A stretch of DNA of 64,000 bases from Mobula hypostoma (lineage: Eukaryota). The notes under the pieces are model-generated. The model did not search any database, was not told where the DNA came from, and saw only the letters and a list, made by a program, of their open reading frames with translations. The stretch lies in contig NC_086109.1 of NCBI RefSeq assembly GCF_963921235.1, positions 84,568,001 through 84,632,000 of the forward strand, read 5' to 3'. The first letter of the stretch is position 1. Each line of letters begins with the position of its first letter. Made by a program: the position numbers and the translations under genes. This document shows positions 50,301 to 59,755 of this stretch, piece after piece.

Positions 50301-53300
50301 TCTCCTTTTGCTCATGCCCTCTAGTCCACGGGTTCCCAACCTGGGGTCCACGGACACCTTAGTTAACTGTATGGATCTATGCCATTTAAAAAAAAGGTTG
50401 GTAACTCTTGCTGTAATCCAAGCAGCATCCTAGTAGAAGTTTTTTGCACCCTGTGCTTGTTGGGTTCAAACATTTCTTGCTCCTAAAAAGATTTTAATAG
50501 AATCATAGAAGCAATTCTGCACCAGAGGAGATCACTTGTTTTATTAGACCATGCCAACTTCTGGTAAAACCTATCCAGATTTTTCTTTCTATTTTGTTAG
50601 TCTGTCCCCTGTGGTAATACATTTATTTTTCTTTCAAGTACTCAACCAATTCTCTTTGGAAAGATATGTCTGACACCACAGGAGTCCAATCCAAATCATC
50701 GTAGCTCACTCCTTGAAAATGGATCAGTGAAAAGCTCTCTAACAATCTTTAACTGGCTTTTCACCAAGTTCCTGACTTCTTTGATGTGTGTCACATGCTT
50801 TAAGAGATGTAGTTGCACACATCACCTGTTTAACATATGCAAGGGATGAACTCCAATATCTATGCCCATGTGTCCAAACAAAATTAATATTCTTAACTTA
50901 AAGTTTTTGAAGTTCAAAACTGAAGAGGAGTGAATCTTATCTCTCATCTGGACTCAGCACGGAGTTTTCCAGGTTGAGGTAGCTCACTCATTCCCTCTAC
51001 TTGCAGCAGAATGATGATTTCTGCCTGTCTTCATTTCAATAATAATAATAATAAACGACTATTTATATAACACCTTTCATACATTAGGATGCTGGCTCAA
51101 AGTGCTTTATACAGATTGTAAAGGTAAATTAATATTGTTATAAAAATATGAGACAAAATTGAAAATTGTTAAGCAAAGACAAACATTTTGTAGACTAAAA
51201 TGTAATTAAATATACCAAATTATACAAATATAATCAACATCAACAGGCATTAAGTAATCCTATAAGTAGACCAAATTAAAAAAAAGTAGATTTTTCAAAG
51301 TTTTTTGAAATGTTCCACAGTACTAGGCTGGTGTAACTCAGTTGGTAGAGCATTCCAGATTTTTGGAGCATAAGAGCAAAAGGCCACATTACTAGTTCTT
51401 ATAAGCTTGGCTTTAGGAACATTAAGCAAGCCAGCATTCGTGGATCTAAGTTTACAATTTTGGCTATTTCTATTTCTTTTGTATAGTTTGACTTGTTGGG
51501 GATATGGCACAGCTTCACTATTAATAATACAATCAAAATAGCATAATGTGGTGATAACTGCCCCCATTAACCTTTTTGATCTCACTCTATTCAAGATATT
51601 TCCTTTGTTCCTCCCATTCCACTCTGACCTTGACTGTTACTGAAAGCTAATTGGAGTTTCCCTCTTTACCAGCTCCAAGTCTGAAACATTTAACCATTTC
51701 TCTTTACTTAGATGCCGCCGTATTTGCTGAGCGTTCCAGAATTTTCCATTTCTACTATTGTCGTTATTGGCTTACCACTGAAGCAGTAGGCATCATGGTG
51801 ATCTGTAGGGTCAGGATAGCCAGTCTGGTTGATAAAACGGTACACGGTTCTAACTCCTAATAGGTTGCCGCCACAGTTAGGTCTTCGTTTTGAGATTGGG
51901 TATCTAACACTGCCATCAGCCAGCCAGCCTGTATTGCACTGATCCATGCCATCTTTCCATGCCAGGTATAACTGCCCTGTGGTAGCTAGCTGAGCTCCCT
52001 TGTCCAGGCAAGCTTCTACTGCTTCATTGAAGGCATATCTTCCAGTGGTGGTAATGTAGAAGACCTTGCCTACAAACAGAAGGGCAGAAAGCAGACCATC
52101 AATGATCTAAAACATCGAAAAATGCTTTTGACAAAATCTATTGACATGAAAAAATAGGGAGTTAGACATGGAAATGGAAGAGTATTCCACCAAAAGCAGT
52201 TTTCCTTTCTTCATTCTTATATAAACATGCGTATAGAAGACTCGTACGGCCAGATTTGAGAACAGCTTCTTTCCAACTGTGATAAGACTGCTGAACGGAT
52301 CCTGACCCAGACTTGGGCCGTACCCTCCAAATATCCGGACCTGCATCTCGTTTTTTTTTTGGCACTACCTTACTTTCCATTTTTCTATTTTCTATTTAAA
52401 TTTTTAATATTTACTATCGATTTGTAATCCAGGGAGCGGGAAGCGCAGAATCAAATATCGCTATGATGATTGTACGTTCTATTATCAATTGTTTGGTGAC
52501 AATAAAGTATAAAGTACAAAGAATAGCTCTTTACTTCAACCTATCATTGTTCAATCTGCAGGGAATGTCACTCAGAGACTTTTAATTATCTATCTACCTG
52601 TCTATTTATTTATTTGTTTGTTTGTTTCTATCTTAATCACAGGAACATTTACAATGAGCAAATAATTTACTAACTGGTACATCTCTGGTATGTGGGGGAA
52701 ACTGGAGGAAACCCACGTATTCATAGGGAGGACATTTAAATTCCATACAGAAGCTGCCAGAATCAAACTCTAATCTCCGACACCCCGAGCTGTAACAGCA
52801 TTGGGCTAACCATAATGCTACCACTGTGCTAGTATTTTTTTTGTGACTGTATGTGTAATAGCTACATATATTGTATGTGACTATATGCACTGTGCTTTTA
52901 CACCTTGGTCCCAGAGGAATGATGTTTCATTTAGCTGCATACGTGTGTATGATTGAATGACGATAAACTTGAACTTGAATAAGATGCCAGCATCCAAGAC
53001 AATCACTACTTCAGTAAAGCAACACTACATCTACTTTTCACCACAATGGGCTTTGGATTTTTATTTGTTCCAATTGTATAAATGCGTCAAATGTGTATTT
53101 AATTTCTGTTTTTCTTGGGAATGTTGTGTATCTGATGAAATGCATCTGTGCTGCTGCAGGAAGTAATTTTTTCCCCCTGCATTTCTGTATGCATGTGCTT
53201 GTGCATATGACAATAAACCTGACTTTGATTTTAACTAAAACATGAGCCCATTTTCTCCACAAGCCCATTTTCTCCTTCCATGCAACCTCATTTACGGATC

Positions 53301-56300
53301 TCAAGAGTATATTTCTCCAGACAAAAATATATTTCTCACCTTGCAATTCCTCTGCAAAGCAATAAACATCGTAAGTTTCATCGGTGTCTCTAATGCCATA
53401 TGACCTGACTCCTGGGTACTCATCCAGATTACCATAGCAACCCTCACGTGGTTTGTGAATTGGATACCTGTGAAAAGAATTTCAGAAATACGTCTCAGGG
53501 CTTCTGTTAGCATTGTCTCTTCATTCACTGTAAGTATTGGACTCAACTGTAAAAGATTAAAAAACGACATAACAGGAACTAACGGTCTGAGCCCAGACTA
53601 ACTTCCTTCTACTTCTGTCTCATTTTACGTTTTGGATTAAGCTCATATTTGGACAAGAAGCATGCTGGAGGAACTCAGAGGATCAGCAAGCATCTGTGTG
53701 GAGAAATGGACAGTCCATCAGTCCATGGGACTAGAAAAAGCACCTGATCCAAGACCTTGACTATCCATTTCATTTCCGAGATCCTGCTGGGCCCTTTGAG
53801 TCTCGCTAACATTTTGTTTGTTGCTCCAGAATTAATCTTCCTGAGCTCTTGTGGTTGATATTTATTCATCTCATCCGTGTGGTTTGTCTTGTTCACGGGC
53901 TGAGAACCCCGTGTTCATTTCAGTCAGACAATGCTATGGGTCTCTTGGACCAGGGTTAGGAGATTTCCCTTCCCAAATATCATTCGCAAACTGGATAAGA
54001 CCAGAAGACATGGGAGCAGAATTAGGCGATTTGCCTGATCGAGTCTGTTTCGCCATTCCATCATGGCCTGATTTATTACTCTTCTCAACCCCATTCTTCT
54101 GTCTTCTCCCCTTAACCTTTGATGCCTTGACTAATCAAGAACCTATCAACTTCTGCTTTAAATATACTTAATGACTTGGCTTCCAGCAGGTTGTGGGCAT
54201 GAATTCCAATGCTTCACCTTCTCTCTAAAGAAATTCCTCCCCACCTCTGTTCTAGATAGACAGCTCTCTATTCTGGAGGCTATGTCCTCTGGTACTGTAC
54301 TGGACTCTCCCACTATAGAAAACATCCTCTCCACATCCACTCTATCTAGGCCTTTCAATATTTGATAGGTTTCAGTATCTGATAGGTTTCTTCTAAACCC
54401 TAGCAAGTACAGGCCTGGAGCCATCAAACGCCCCTCATAGAGTATGTTAACCCATTCATTCCCAGAATCATTCTCATGAACCTTCTCTGGACACTCTCCA
54501 ATGCCAGCAACGGTCAGCAAAATGCTGACCAATGGATATTTGAAGGGTTAGATTAAATAAAGATTAGCTGTACTGTCACATGCACATTGAAACATCAAAG
54601 CATACAGTGAAATGCATTGTTTGCAACAATGGCCAACATAGTCTGAGGGTGTGGTGTGGGCTGCCATGCCCAGACCAAGAGTCACCATGCTTCCGTCACC
54701 AACATGGCACACCCACAACTTACTAACCCTAACCTGTGCGTCTTTTTGGTATGTGGGAGAAAACCTGAGCACCAAGGGGAAATCCACGCGGTCACAAGCA
54801 GAACATCCAAACTCCTTACAGATGTGAGATCATCTCTCATATGCTAAAGCATAAAATGAACCACTCACAGTATTTGTTCCAAAAGATAATCTGTACACTC
54901 ACTCTATAAACCCCACGTTGAAGAACACAGTACTTTGAAAATGCCTTAGGCACGTATGTATAGTTAGGGTGCCTAAGACTTTTGCACAGTACTGTATTTG
55001 TCAATGTGGAGCATAGAGCGAGTGTGTAAATCTGGCAGGAGCAAAGGATGTTGGGAATGCTGAGGGTGGAGTGCCACGGGAGGGGTGTGGGACATGTGGT
55101 AGAGAAGGAGTGCCGGGGTGGGGGTGGGTGGTTGACACAGGTGTAGACACACCCAATCCTGAGACATCAGGCAAGATCATTTGACTCCAAACAATTGATT
55201 TATTGATCATTACAGAATGTCTCCCTGGTGCTTCCCTCTACCTGCCCCCTTCCCACTCTCAGACCACAATATAGACCCATATCAGAATCAGGTTTATCAT
55301 CGCTCACAGCTGTCATGAAATTCGTTCTTTTTGCAGCAGTACAGTGCAATACATAAAATACAGTACTGTGCAAACCAAGATATATATATAGATATACACA
55401 TAAGGATAAATTGTGACAAGTTCCTTTGGAATTAATGGAGCTTCACTATGCATTGGAGGTTTGTGGACTGATTGCTTCCACAGAAGTTTGCTTCCCAATG
55501 TAGGCCCTTCTATCACATAGAGCACCCCCATTCCACAAAGGTTAGTGCGGCAAAACATGGAATTGGTCCAGACCTTACAGTCTGATCAGACATCCAGCCA
55601 GCATCACACTGATCAAATCCATCATCATAGGCTGCTTGTAGTTGTTCTGGGGTTGCAATGATGGCAGAGTTTTCGATACACGCCTGCTGGGCTTTGTAGA
55701 AGTCGAGGGTGTACCTGCTAGAGATGGCGCGGTAATGGAATACGACACCTGGAATCAGAGAAGAAAAGACACATAACAAATACCTTCCTGGTTTGAACTA
55801 CTGCATTTTTAAGAGCAAAAACAACCAAACTGCTGGAAGAGCTCAATGGAGGGAAATGGACACAGTACACACAGTATTGTGCAAAAGTCTTAAGGCATAT
55901 ATATATAGCTAGGGTGCCTAAGACCTTTGTACAGTACTGTATTTGTCAACGCGGAGCGGAGAGTGAGTTGGTAAATCCAGCAGGAGCAGAGGATAATGGG
56001 AATGGGGAGAGTGGAGTGCCACAGGAGGGGTGTGGGACAGATGGCAGAGAAGGAGCGCTGGGGCGCAGGGGGTGGGGAAAGGTGGGGTGGCGCGGGTGCT
56101 GATGCTCCAAGCCCTGACACAGCAGGCAAGGTCATCTGATTCCAAACGATCTGTTTTATTAAACCAATTAGTATGGCAAAAGTACCATTATGGTAAGATG
56201 GTGGTGCAGTTGTACGCTGTTGTTCCTACAGGCCCAACCAAACGTGTCTTTTTTAAACATAGGTTTTACAATCACAAGACCCGGCTGGACATTAAGAACT

Positions 56301-58710
56301 TGAAGTATTGTAGGTCTGCCCTATCAGTGAGTTGCTCGTTGCCAAGGAGCTGGTCTTGGTGAGGATTGTGCTGCTGCCTGCGTCAGAGAGGCATCGGAGG
56401 AATCGATGTGCGAAGGCAGTGTGCAGTCTAACAGCGAGTGATCTTTTCAGTCACTTTTCTTGTGATCACAAGACCCTGGTGGATATTGTTAATGTGGAAT
56501 GCTGCAAGTCCAATTCATTAATTTATTGGTGGGTGGTGGGAGAGCCGTGTGGTCTCAGTATAGTGAGGACTGGGCCCCAAGCCGCAACCATGCCTGTTTA
56601 CAGCCGCCCAGGAGAGAGGCGCTGGAGCTGGCGTGTTCCACCGGAGTGCTGGGGTGGTGTGGCACAGTGTACAAGCTGGAGTCGGTGCTGCCCACCAGTG
56701 TTCGCCCGGCAGAAGACAAGCCTCATTGTGCTCAACTGCAGACTGCTACAACATTCATGGACTCAAGGTCTTGGATTATATATTTTTTTGTGTGACGGCA
56801 TTTTACTGATAACCCTTTATGTAATTGCTATCTCATACCTACTATATGTGCCTTGTACTGTGTGAGACTGTTGGTACTGTGTTTTGCACCTTCACCTTGG
56901 AGTAATACTGTTTAATTTGGCTGTAGTTATGGGTATTCATGTATGGTTGAGTGACATTTAAACTTGAACTTGATTTAACTCATGAGAACAATTAGAGTAA
57001 CAGGAAACAGTAACAAATAAAGCTTTCCATTTACCTCTGACAACCAACTCTACAACATCCTGACTGTCCTCGATCCCATGCATCACCTCACAGCGGTACA
57101 TTCCGGAATCACTTGACAGTAGTTTATCCAGCTGTAGGGTGGCATCTCCTGGAATTTCATGGTAACTTGGAAGCTGGGCTCGACCTTTGTACTCCTGGTT
57201 GATCTTGACTTTTCCAGAAATAGCAACCACGATGACCGTCTCTTTTCCACCTTTGGCGATTTTGGTCCATTTGATTCTTGGGGCTAGCTGAGATGCCGGG
57301 GGAGTGTCCGGGGAAGAGTTCGTGGCAGAGATGAAGTAGCAGGGAATGGTCACGGAGCTCGCAAGCGCAGCCTTCACTGGTGACTGTGCCGCAATCTTCA
57401 CACTCAGTGCCTTAGCATTATCTAGCAAACATGGATAAAAGAAGACACCATCTTACTCCAGGAATGGGCCACATGATACATCCACCGCACAAAACAGTTA
57501 CTTGTTCAACCTCTGCTACACTGCTAGTGCACCATCTGTAGGATCAAACTTTAGATTAACTTAACTTTATTTGTTAGATGTACATTGAAACATATAGTGA
57601 AATGTGACGTTTTTCATCAGCAACCAACGCAGTCTGAGGATTAAGCTGGAGTGTTGTCATGCTTCCTGCATAGCATACTCACACTTATTAACCCTAACCC
57701 AAATGTCTTTGGAATGTGGGAGGACATGGTAGAACTCCACCCGGTCATGGGGAGAAAGTACAAACTCCTTACAGTCAGCAGCGGGAATCGAACCCCAATT
57801 CCCAGCGTTGTAGGGCGTTGCACTAACCACTCTGCTACTGCGCTGTCTTACTCTAAAAATGAACCACGCACTGCATCCTCCACATGAAACATTCACACCT
57901 TACACTTCTGGTACACTTTTAGTGCACCATCTGCAAGATTCTCTGCAGCATCTTTCCAAGGCTTCCACCCCCAAACTGATATCCTCACCCACTTAGAGAT
58001 ACAAGATCACAGAAGCAAGTCATGCACCATCCTGACTTGGAAATATATTGCTACCCCTTCATTATTGCTTGGTCAATATCCTGAAAACCCCCTGTCAACA
58101 ACATTGGGAATACTCTCACCAAACTGTCAAGTCTTATGAAGGAGGTTCACCACCAACTTCTGAAGTGCAATCAGTGACGGTTTATAATTGCTGGCGTTAA
58201 CAGTGATGAAAACCAGAATTAAAAAAAGATGCAGTTTGATAAAAAAATTCCAATCTCAATTAATATTCAGAAATTTTATAATGTGTAAATTCCTCAGGGT
58301 ATCTTGACACTGGTTTGAAATTTTTCCTAGAAGTTTGCAAGCCCAAATTATACTAATGGCTTCCCAGTCAAGGCTCAGCATAGTTCATAGGCAGCTGGGT
58401 CCCAGTTAAGTATACATTGTGCCTCAGAAATGACTTGATGTTAATCCACAGACTAATCTTAAAAACAATGTCGATGAAATTTGAAAAATCCCCATGAGTT
58501 TATTTGCACTGATGTATCACTGCAGCTCACGGAAGTGACAACTTGAATATCTGTTGAAAGTGTTAGAATTATTACAGATCGAGATAAAACATAATCTCAC
58601 AATTTAGATATAAACAAATGATCATTAATGCGTGACTTACCAGAAACTTCAACAGAAACAGTTGCTGCGATGACTCGCAAACATACAAATACTAAAAGCA
58701 GAGTGGTCAT
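2168..58710 (-). CDS. ACAN: Aggrecan core protein, spliced gene, 3'-incomplete: join(58641-58710,57035-57421,55574-55748,53340-53467,51776-52069,42100-42747,39890-40064,37479-37606,33894-34187,30977-31348,25853-28681,15545-15658,9691-9804,4800-4958,3122-3204,2168-2312)
   Basis: Domain order signal-Ig-Link-Link-IGD-Link-Link-KS-CS-EGF-EGF-CTLD. The second Link tandem (G2) is diagnostic of aggrecan among lecticans. All exons have GT/AG boundaries and compatible phases. Globular exon sizes (175/128/294 twice, 114, 114, 159, 83, 145) match the lectican pattern. Confidence 0.97.
3122..3204 (-). CDS. ACAN: ACAN G3 C-type lectin exon 2
   Basis: [28 protein letters not shown]; 83 nt, cag|...|gtgagt. 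Confidence 0.95.
4104..4735 (+). mobile_element. Penelope-like element 3' fragment (GIY-YIG C-terminus plus tail with degenerate hammerhead)
   Basis: HL.SV...LPVASHF.S.SHS...LEEQ.LIFRL...P.GINIDF; tail agggtctcgggccgagacgtcgactg. Confidence 0.75.
4800..4958 (-). CDS. ACAN: ACAN G3 C-type lectin exon 1
   Basis: [20 protein letters not shown]...[15 protein letters not shown]; 159 nt. Confidence 0.96.
6547..6778. mobile_element. Short solo LTR-like element (232 bp)
   Basis: TGTTGTG...CATAACA termini; flanks AACTG/ATCTG (5-bp TSD, one mismatch). Confidence 0.6.
9691..9804 (-). CDS. ACAN: ACAN EGF2 exon, calcium-binding type ([38 protein letters not shown])
   Basis: DIDEC cbEGF signature; 114 nt, phase 1-1. 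Confidence 0.95.
14601..14680. mobile_element. 80-bp hAT (Charlie-like) MITE; related copies at about 43699-43780 and 50328-50410
   Basis: TIRs CAGGGGTTCCTAACCT / AGGTTGGGAACCCCTG; the 50328 copy has 8-bp flanks CTCTAGTC/CTGTAATC. Confidence 0.7.
15545..15658 (-). CDS. ACAN: ACAN EGF1 exon ([38 protein letters not shown])
   Basis: Six Cys in EGF spacing; 114 nt, phase 1-1, tag|...|gtacgt. Not in the ORF track. Confidence 0.93.
15846..16300 (-). mobile_element. CR1 3' fragment
   Basis: VWNSLPR...[17 protein letters not shown] and CR1 tail. Confidence 0.8.
16850..17512. mobile_element. Solo LTR (663 bp, probably Gypsy-type) inserted in a CR1 3' tail
   Basis: TGTA...TACA termini; flanks CATA/GATA (4-bp TSD, one mismatch); interrupts gaaacata|..aaacctacagcacaatacagg. 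Confidence 0.7.
19630..20096 (+). mobile_element. Penelope-like GIY-YIG 3' fragment, second family
   Basis: VAGHC...[12 protein letters not shown]...[13 protein letters not shown]; tail with cctgatgaag degenerate hammerhead. Confidence 0.65.
20370..20995 (+). mobile_element. Degenerate Rex1/Babar 3' fragment
   Basis: LPSGRL...FRNSFF..TIR remnant and AT-rich 3' UTR. Confidence 0.65.
21633..22090 (-). mobile_element. CR1 3' fragment
   Basis: [14 protein letters not shown]...[13 protein letters not shown]. Confidence 0.85.
22879..23617 (+). mobile_element. Rex1/Babar-type 3' fragment, low divergence
   Basis: Open frame [14 protein letters not shown]...[16 protein letters not shown]...; AATAAA plus (atgact)n tail. 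Confidence 0.8.
25005..25340 (+). mobile_element. Penelope-type tail repeat
   Basis: Pyrimidine-rich segment followed by the same tail as at 4640-4735. Confidence 0.65.
25203..25240 (+). ncRNA. Minimal type I hammerhead ribozyme fold
   Basis: Stem I CAGUC/GACUG, core CUGAAGA, stem II AGGA/UUCU, GAAA, palindromic AACGUU stem III, GUU cleavage triplet. Confidence 0.55.
25853..28681 (-). CDS. ACAN: ACAN exon 12: chondroitin-sulfate attachment domain, 943 aa
   Basis: Ser-Gly repeats ([10 protein letters not shown])n; acceptor tttcag|GA TCT GCT, donor GAA G|gtatt; 2829 nt, phase 1-1. Confidence 0.94.
26270..27600 (-). repeat. Coding tandem repeat B: about 21-22 x 60 bp (20 aa, P[R/I/G/E][18 protein letters not shown])
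   Basis: Every 60-nt line from 26281 to 27541 begins ccaga; several units are identical. Confidence 0.95.
27697..28655 (-). repeat. Coding tandem repeat A: about 32 x 30 bp (10 aa, [10 protein letters not shown])
   Basis: Read directly from the translation; two units are shortened to 9 aa. Confidence 0.93.
30977..31348 (-). CDS. ACAN: ACAN exon 11: KS-region-like Thr/Glu/Pro-rich exon, 124 aa
   Basis: Open frame [16 protein letters not shown]...TATPTVEP; 372 nt, phase 1-1, cag|...|gtgag; lies between G2 and the CS exon. Confidence 0.88.
32457..32735 (+). mobile_element. tRNA-derived SINE (V-SINE-like); other copies at about 30410-30575(+), 52635-52828(-), 57680-57843(-), 62867-63150(+), 63200-63390(-)
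   Basis: B-box GGTTCAATTCC and core GGG(A/T)TTCCTCCGGGTGCTC..TTT.CTCCCACA. Confidence 0.75.
33894..34187 (-). CDS. ACAN: ACAN exon 10: G2 Link B'
   Basis: GKVFHAT...[26 protein letters not shown]...YDVYCFR; 294 nt. Confidence 0.96.
34223..34300 (-). mobile_element. Severely 5'-truncated copy of the young CR1 (stem-loop plus tail only)
   Basis: Near-identical to 44900-44975. Confidence 0.9.
34640..35090 (-). mobile_element. CR1 3' fragment
   Basis: [22 protein letters not shown]. Confidence 0.8.
35420..37090 (+). mobile_element. Cluster of degenerate Rex1/Babar 3' fragments with a nested SINE-like repeat
   Basis: IMGK.LP.IEHIY...[22 protein letters not shown] motif present twice. Confidence 0.6.
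37479..37606 (-). CDS. ACAN: ACAN exon 9: G2 Link B, second part
   Basis: [42 protein letters not shown]; 128 nt. Confidence 0.95.
38866..38973 (+). mobile_element. Truncated copy of the young CR1 3' end
   Basis: Reverse complement of 44900-45003 with few changes. Confidence 0.85.
39890..40064 (-). CDS. ACAN: ACAN exon 8: G2 Link B, first part
   Basis: [17 protein letters not shown]...[13 protein letters not shown]; 175 nt. Confidence 0.96.
40218..40676 (+). mobile_element. Rex1/Babar-type 3' fragment; sister copy at about 52210-52517
   Basis: [30 protein letters not shown] and a shared 3' UTR. Confidence 0.75.
41544..41840 (-). mobile_element. Complete tRNA-headed SINE with 10-bp TSD
   Basis: A-box TGGCCAAGTGG, B-box GTTCGAGCC; ATAGAGATTA at 41534-41543 and 41841-41850. 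Confidence 0.8.
42100..42747 (-). CDS. ACAN: ACAN exon 7: interglobular domain (IGD), 216 aa
   Basis: Thr/Glu/Pro-rich, contains GSAFTIQT and TEEGE-VRG; 648 nt, phase 1-1, cag|...|gtgag. Confidence 0.92.
42900..44795 (+). mobile_element. Two older CR1 3' fragments (about 42900-43450 and 43955-44795), antisense to the full-length copy
   Basis: [26 protein letters not shown]...RNFFSQ.VVN.WN. Confidence 0.8.
44996..48010 (-). CDS. CR1 ORF2: AP endonuclease plus reverse transcriptase, uninterrupted, no AUG before the endonuclease domain
   Basis: Endonuclease motifs NARS, GITETW, YRPP, GDFN, SDH; RT motifs [28 protein letters not shown]; about 1000 open codons. Confidence 0.95.
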   Translation of the reverse strand, partial: FKLEWLGGGNQIKAARCEEVSSQQRDGNQCRETEECKVSVEAKSTKGKSKSGRPTNPGQALKRAKRVVKERLKALCVNARSIRNKVDELKVQIVINDYDIVGITETWLQGDQGWELNVQGYSIFRRDRHEGRGGGVALLVKKEINAIERKDISREDVESIWVELRNTKGQKTLLGVVYRPPNSSSEVGDGIKQEIRNVCNKGTAVIMGDFNLHVDWVNQIGKGAEEEDFLECMRDGFLNQHVEEPTREQAILDWVLSNEEGLISDLVVRGPLGKSDHNMVEFFINMESDVVNSETKVLNLKRGNFEGMRHELAKIDWQMTLQGLTVDMQWQAFKGCMDELQQLFIPVWQKNKSRKVVHPWLTREIRDSINSKEVAYKLARESGSPEDWEKFRVQQRRTKGLIRKGKKDYERKLAENIKTDCKSFYRYVKRKRLIKTNVGPLQTETGELIMGSKDMADQLNNYFGSVFTKEDINNLPEIVRDRGSSEMEELSEIHVSREVVLGKLKGLKADKSPGPDGLHPRVLKEVAQEIVDALVIIFQNSLDSGLVPEDWRVANVTPLFKKGGREKPGNYRPVSLTSVVGKLLESVIKDVITAHLESGEMIGQSQHGFVKGKSCLTNLIEFFEDVTSRVDRGEPVDVVYLDFQKAFDKVPHRRLVCKLKAHGIGGKVLVWVENWLADRKQRVGINGTFSEWQAVTSGVPQGSVLGPQLFTIYINDLDEGIKCSISKFADDTKLGGSVSSEEDAKRMQGDLDRLGEWANSWQMQFNVDKCEVIHFGGKNRKTDYYLNGGRLGKGEVQRDLGVIIHQSLKVGMQVQQAVKKANGMLAFIARGFEYRSREVLLQLYKALVRPHLEYCVQFWSPNLRKDILAIEGVQRRFTRLIPGMAGLSYEERLDELGLYSLEFRRLRGDLIETYKILKGLDRLDAGRLFPMLGRSRTRGHSLRIEGKPFRTEVRKNFFTQRVVNLWNSLPQQTVEASSLAMFKRKLDMALVATGVTGYGGKAGF
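48001..48010 (-). promoter_or_regulatory. Candidate -1 ribosomal frameshift site U UUA AAC followed by UAG at the ORF1/ORF2 junction
   Basis: ORF1 codons ACT TTA AAC TAG; -1 frame TTT AAA CTA GAA TGG TTG GGG is the ORF2 frame. Confidence 0.6.
48001..48935 (-). CDS. CR1 ORF1: zinc finger / coiled coil plus SGNH esterase, with one frameshift in a G6 run at 48597-48602
   Basis: CSRC...CAKC, heptad region, then GDS, HIGTND and DGLH esterase blocks. Adding one G gives TVGGDSLPGG... and a continuous 311-aa ORF. Confidence 0.88.
49098..49420 (-). repeat. CR1 5' UTR tandem monomers: two apparently identical 150-bp copies (49098-49247, 49271-49420), period 173 bp
   Basis: Direct sequence comparison; CpG-rich, with GC-box, NRF1-like, CRE-like and TATA-like motifs. 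Confidence 0.9.
49675..50215 (-). mobile_element. L2-clade (Crack/Daphne-like) 3' fragment nested in an old CR1
   Basis: LP..IQ.LF..R...HDLRG....RTNVK..CISV..VNLW and terminal hairpin. Confidence 0.55.
51038..51460 (-). mobile_element. L2 LINE 3' fragment with (TTA)n tail
   Basis: LRS.NAGLL.VPK...[12 protein letters not shown]...FKKL. Confidence 0.7.
51776..52069 (-). CDS. ACAN: ACAN exon 6: G1 Link module B'
   Basis: GKVFY...[36 protein letters not shown]...DAYCFS; 294 nt. Confidence 0.96.
53340..53467 (-). CDS. ACAN: ACAN exon 5: G1 Link module B, second part
   Basis: [42 protein letters not shown]; 128 nt; cag|...|gtgag. Confidence 0.95.
53995..54510 (-). mobile_element. CR1 3' fragment
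   Basis: [18 protein letters not shown]. Confidence 0.8.
55574..55748 (-). CDS. ACAN: ACAN exon 4: G1 Link module B, first part
   Basis: [17 protein letters not shown]...[13 protein letters not shown]; 175 nt. Confidence 0.96.
57035..57421 (-). CDS. ACAN: ACAN exon 3: G1 Ig-V (A) domain
   Basis: Motifs [15 protein letters not shown] and [18 protein letters not shown]; 387 nt, phase 1-1, tag|...|gtaaat. Confidence 0.96.
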
Positions 58711-58717
58711 AATTTAC
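58641..58717 (-). CDS. ACAN: ACAN exon 2: 7-nt UTR plus start codon (58710) and signal peptide [23 protein letters not shown]
   Basis: Acceptor tttttctag|GTAAATT ATG, donor G|gtaagt. Very similar to the mammalian aggrecan N-terminus MTTLLWVFVTLRVI. Not in the ORF track. Confidence 0.95.
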
Positions 58718-59237
58718 CTAGAAAAAAGAAAGTTAAAGCGTGAGTTAACGTCATTAGTACTGAACAAATGTTGACGAATGTCGAAGGGTGTTGTGCGATG
58801 GAGCAATAAACAAAGGGTCCCGATGTAGGGTCTCGGTACGAAACATCAACTGTTCACTCTTTTCCACAGATGCTGCCCGGCCTGCTGAGTTCCTCCCGCA
58901 TTTTGTGTGTATTGTTTTGGATTTCCAGTATCTGCAGTCTTTCTAATTTTGGAAGGTATTGCCTACTTGGTGTATCATCAATTTATACATCAAGGGAGTT
59001 CTGAGCTTGGAATAAGATTGGAAGAAATAGAAGCATAGAAACATAGAAAACCTACAGCACCACACAGGCCCTTCGGCCCACAAAGCTGTGCTAAACATGT
59101 CCTTACCTTAGAAATCACCTAGGGTTCCCCGTGGCCCTCTATATTTCTGAGCTCCATGTACCTGTCAAGGAGTCTCTTAAAAGACCCTATTATATCCGCA
59201 ATAAAAGACATGATTAAAGAAATAGGTTTTAACTATA

Positions 59238-59755
59238 CAGTACTATGCAAAAGTCTTAGGCACATATATAGCTAGGGTGCTTTAGACTTGCACAGTACTC
59301 TGTTTGTCAATAATAAGCAGAGGGTGAGTTTGTAAATCTGGCGGGAGCAAAGGATGTTGGGAATGGCGAGAATGGAGCGCCACGAGAGGGGTTTGGGACA
59401 GATAGCAGAGAAGAAGGGGGTGGCACAGGTGCAGACACAACCAGCTCTGAGACACCAGCCATGGTTATTTGATTCCAAAGAATTGGTTTATTGATCATTA
59501 CAGAATGTCTCTCTGGTGCTTCCTGCTCCCTCCCCTCTCCCTTCCCCTTTTCCCAACCATGATTCCCCTCTCCCTGCCCCCTTCCCACTCTCAGTCCACG
59601 ATAGAGACCCATATCAGAGTCAGATTTATCATCACTCACACGTCATGAAATTTGTGTTGGCAGTACAGTGCGATACATAAAATTACTACAGTGCTGTGCA
59701 AAAATCTTCAGCACCCTAGGCATAAACATGTGTCTAAGACTCTTGCACAGTACTG
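59238..59755. mobile_element. Tc1/mariner-type non-autonomous element; partial copies at about 54928-55375 and 55872-56160
   Basis: TA|CAGTACT.TGCAAAAGTCTTAG ... CTAAGACT.TTGCACAGTACTG|TA. Confidence 0.75.

Noticed and set aside
56332-56865. 177-aa + strand ORF and other short intronic ORFs (e.g. 6902-7435, 12836-13399)
   Set aside because: No recognisable domain; they overlap repeat-derived or AT-rich sequence and are consistent with chance.
2168-58710. Versican, brevican or neurocan identity
   Set aside because: Presence of G2 and an IGD plus the aggrecan-type signal peptide.
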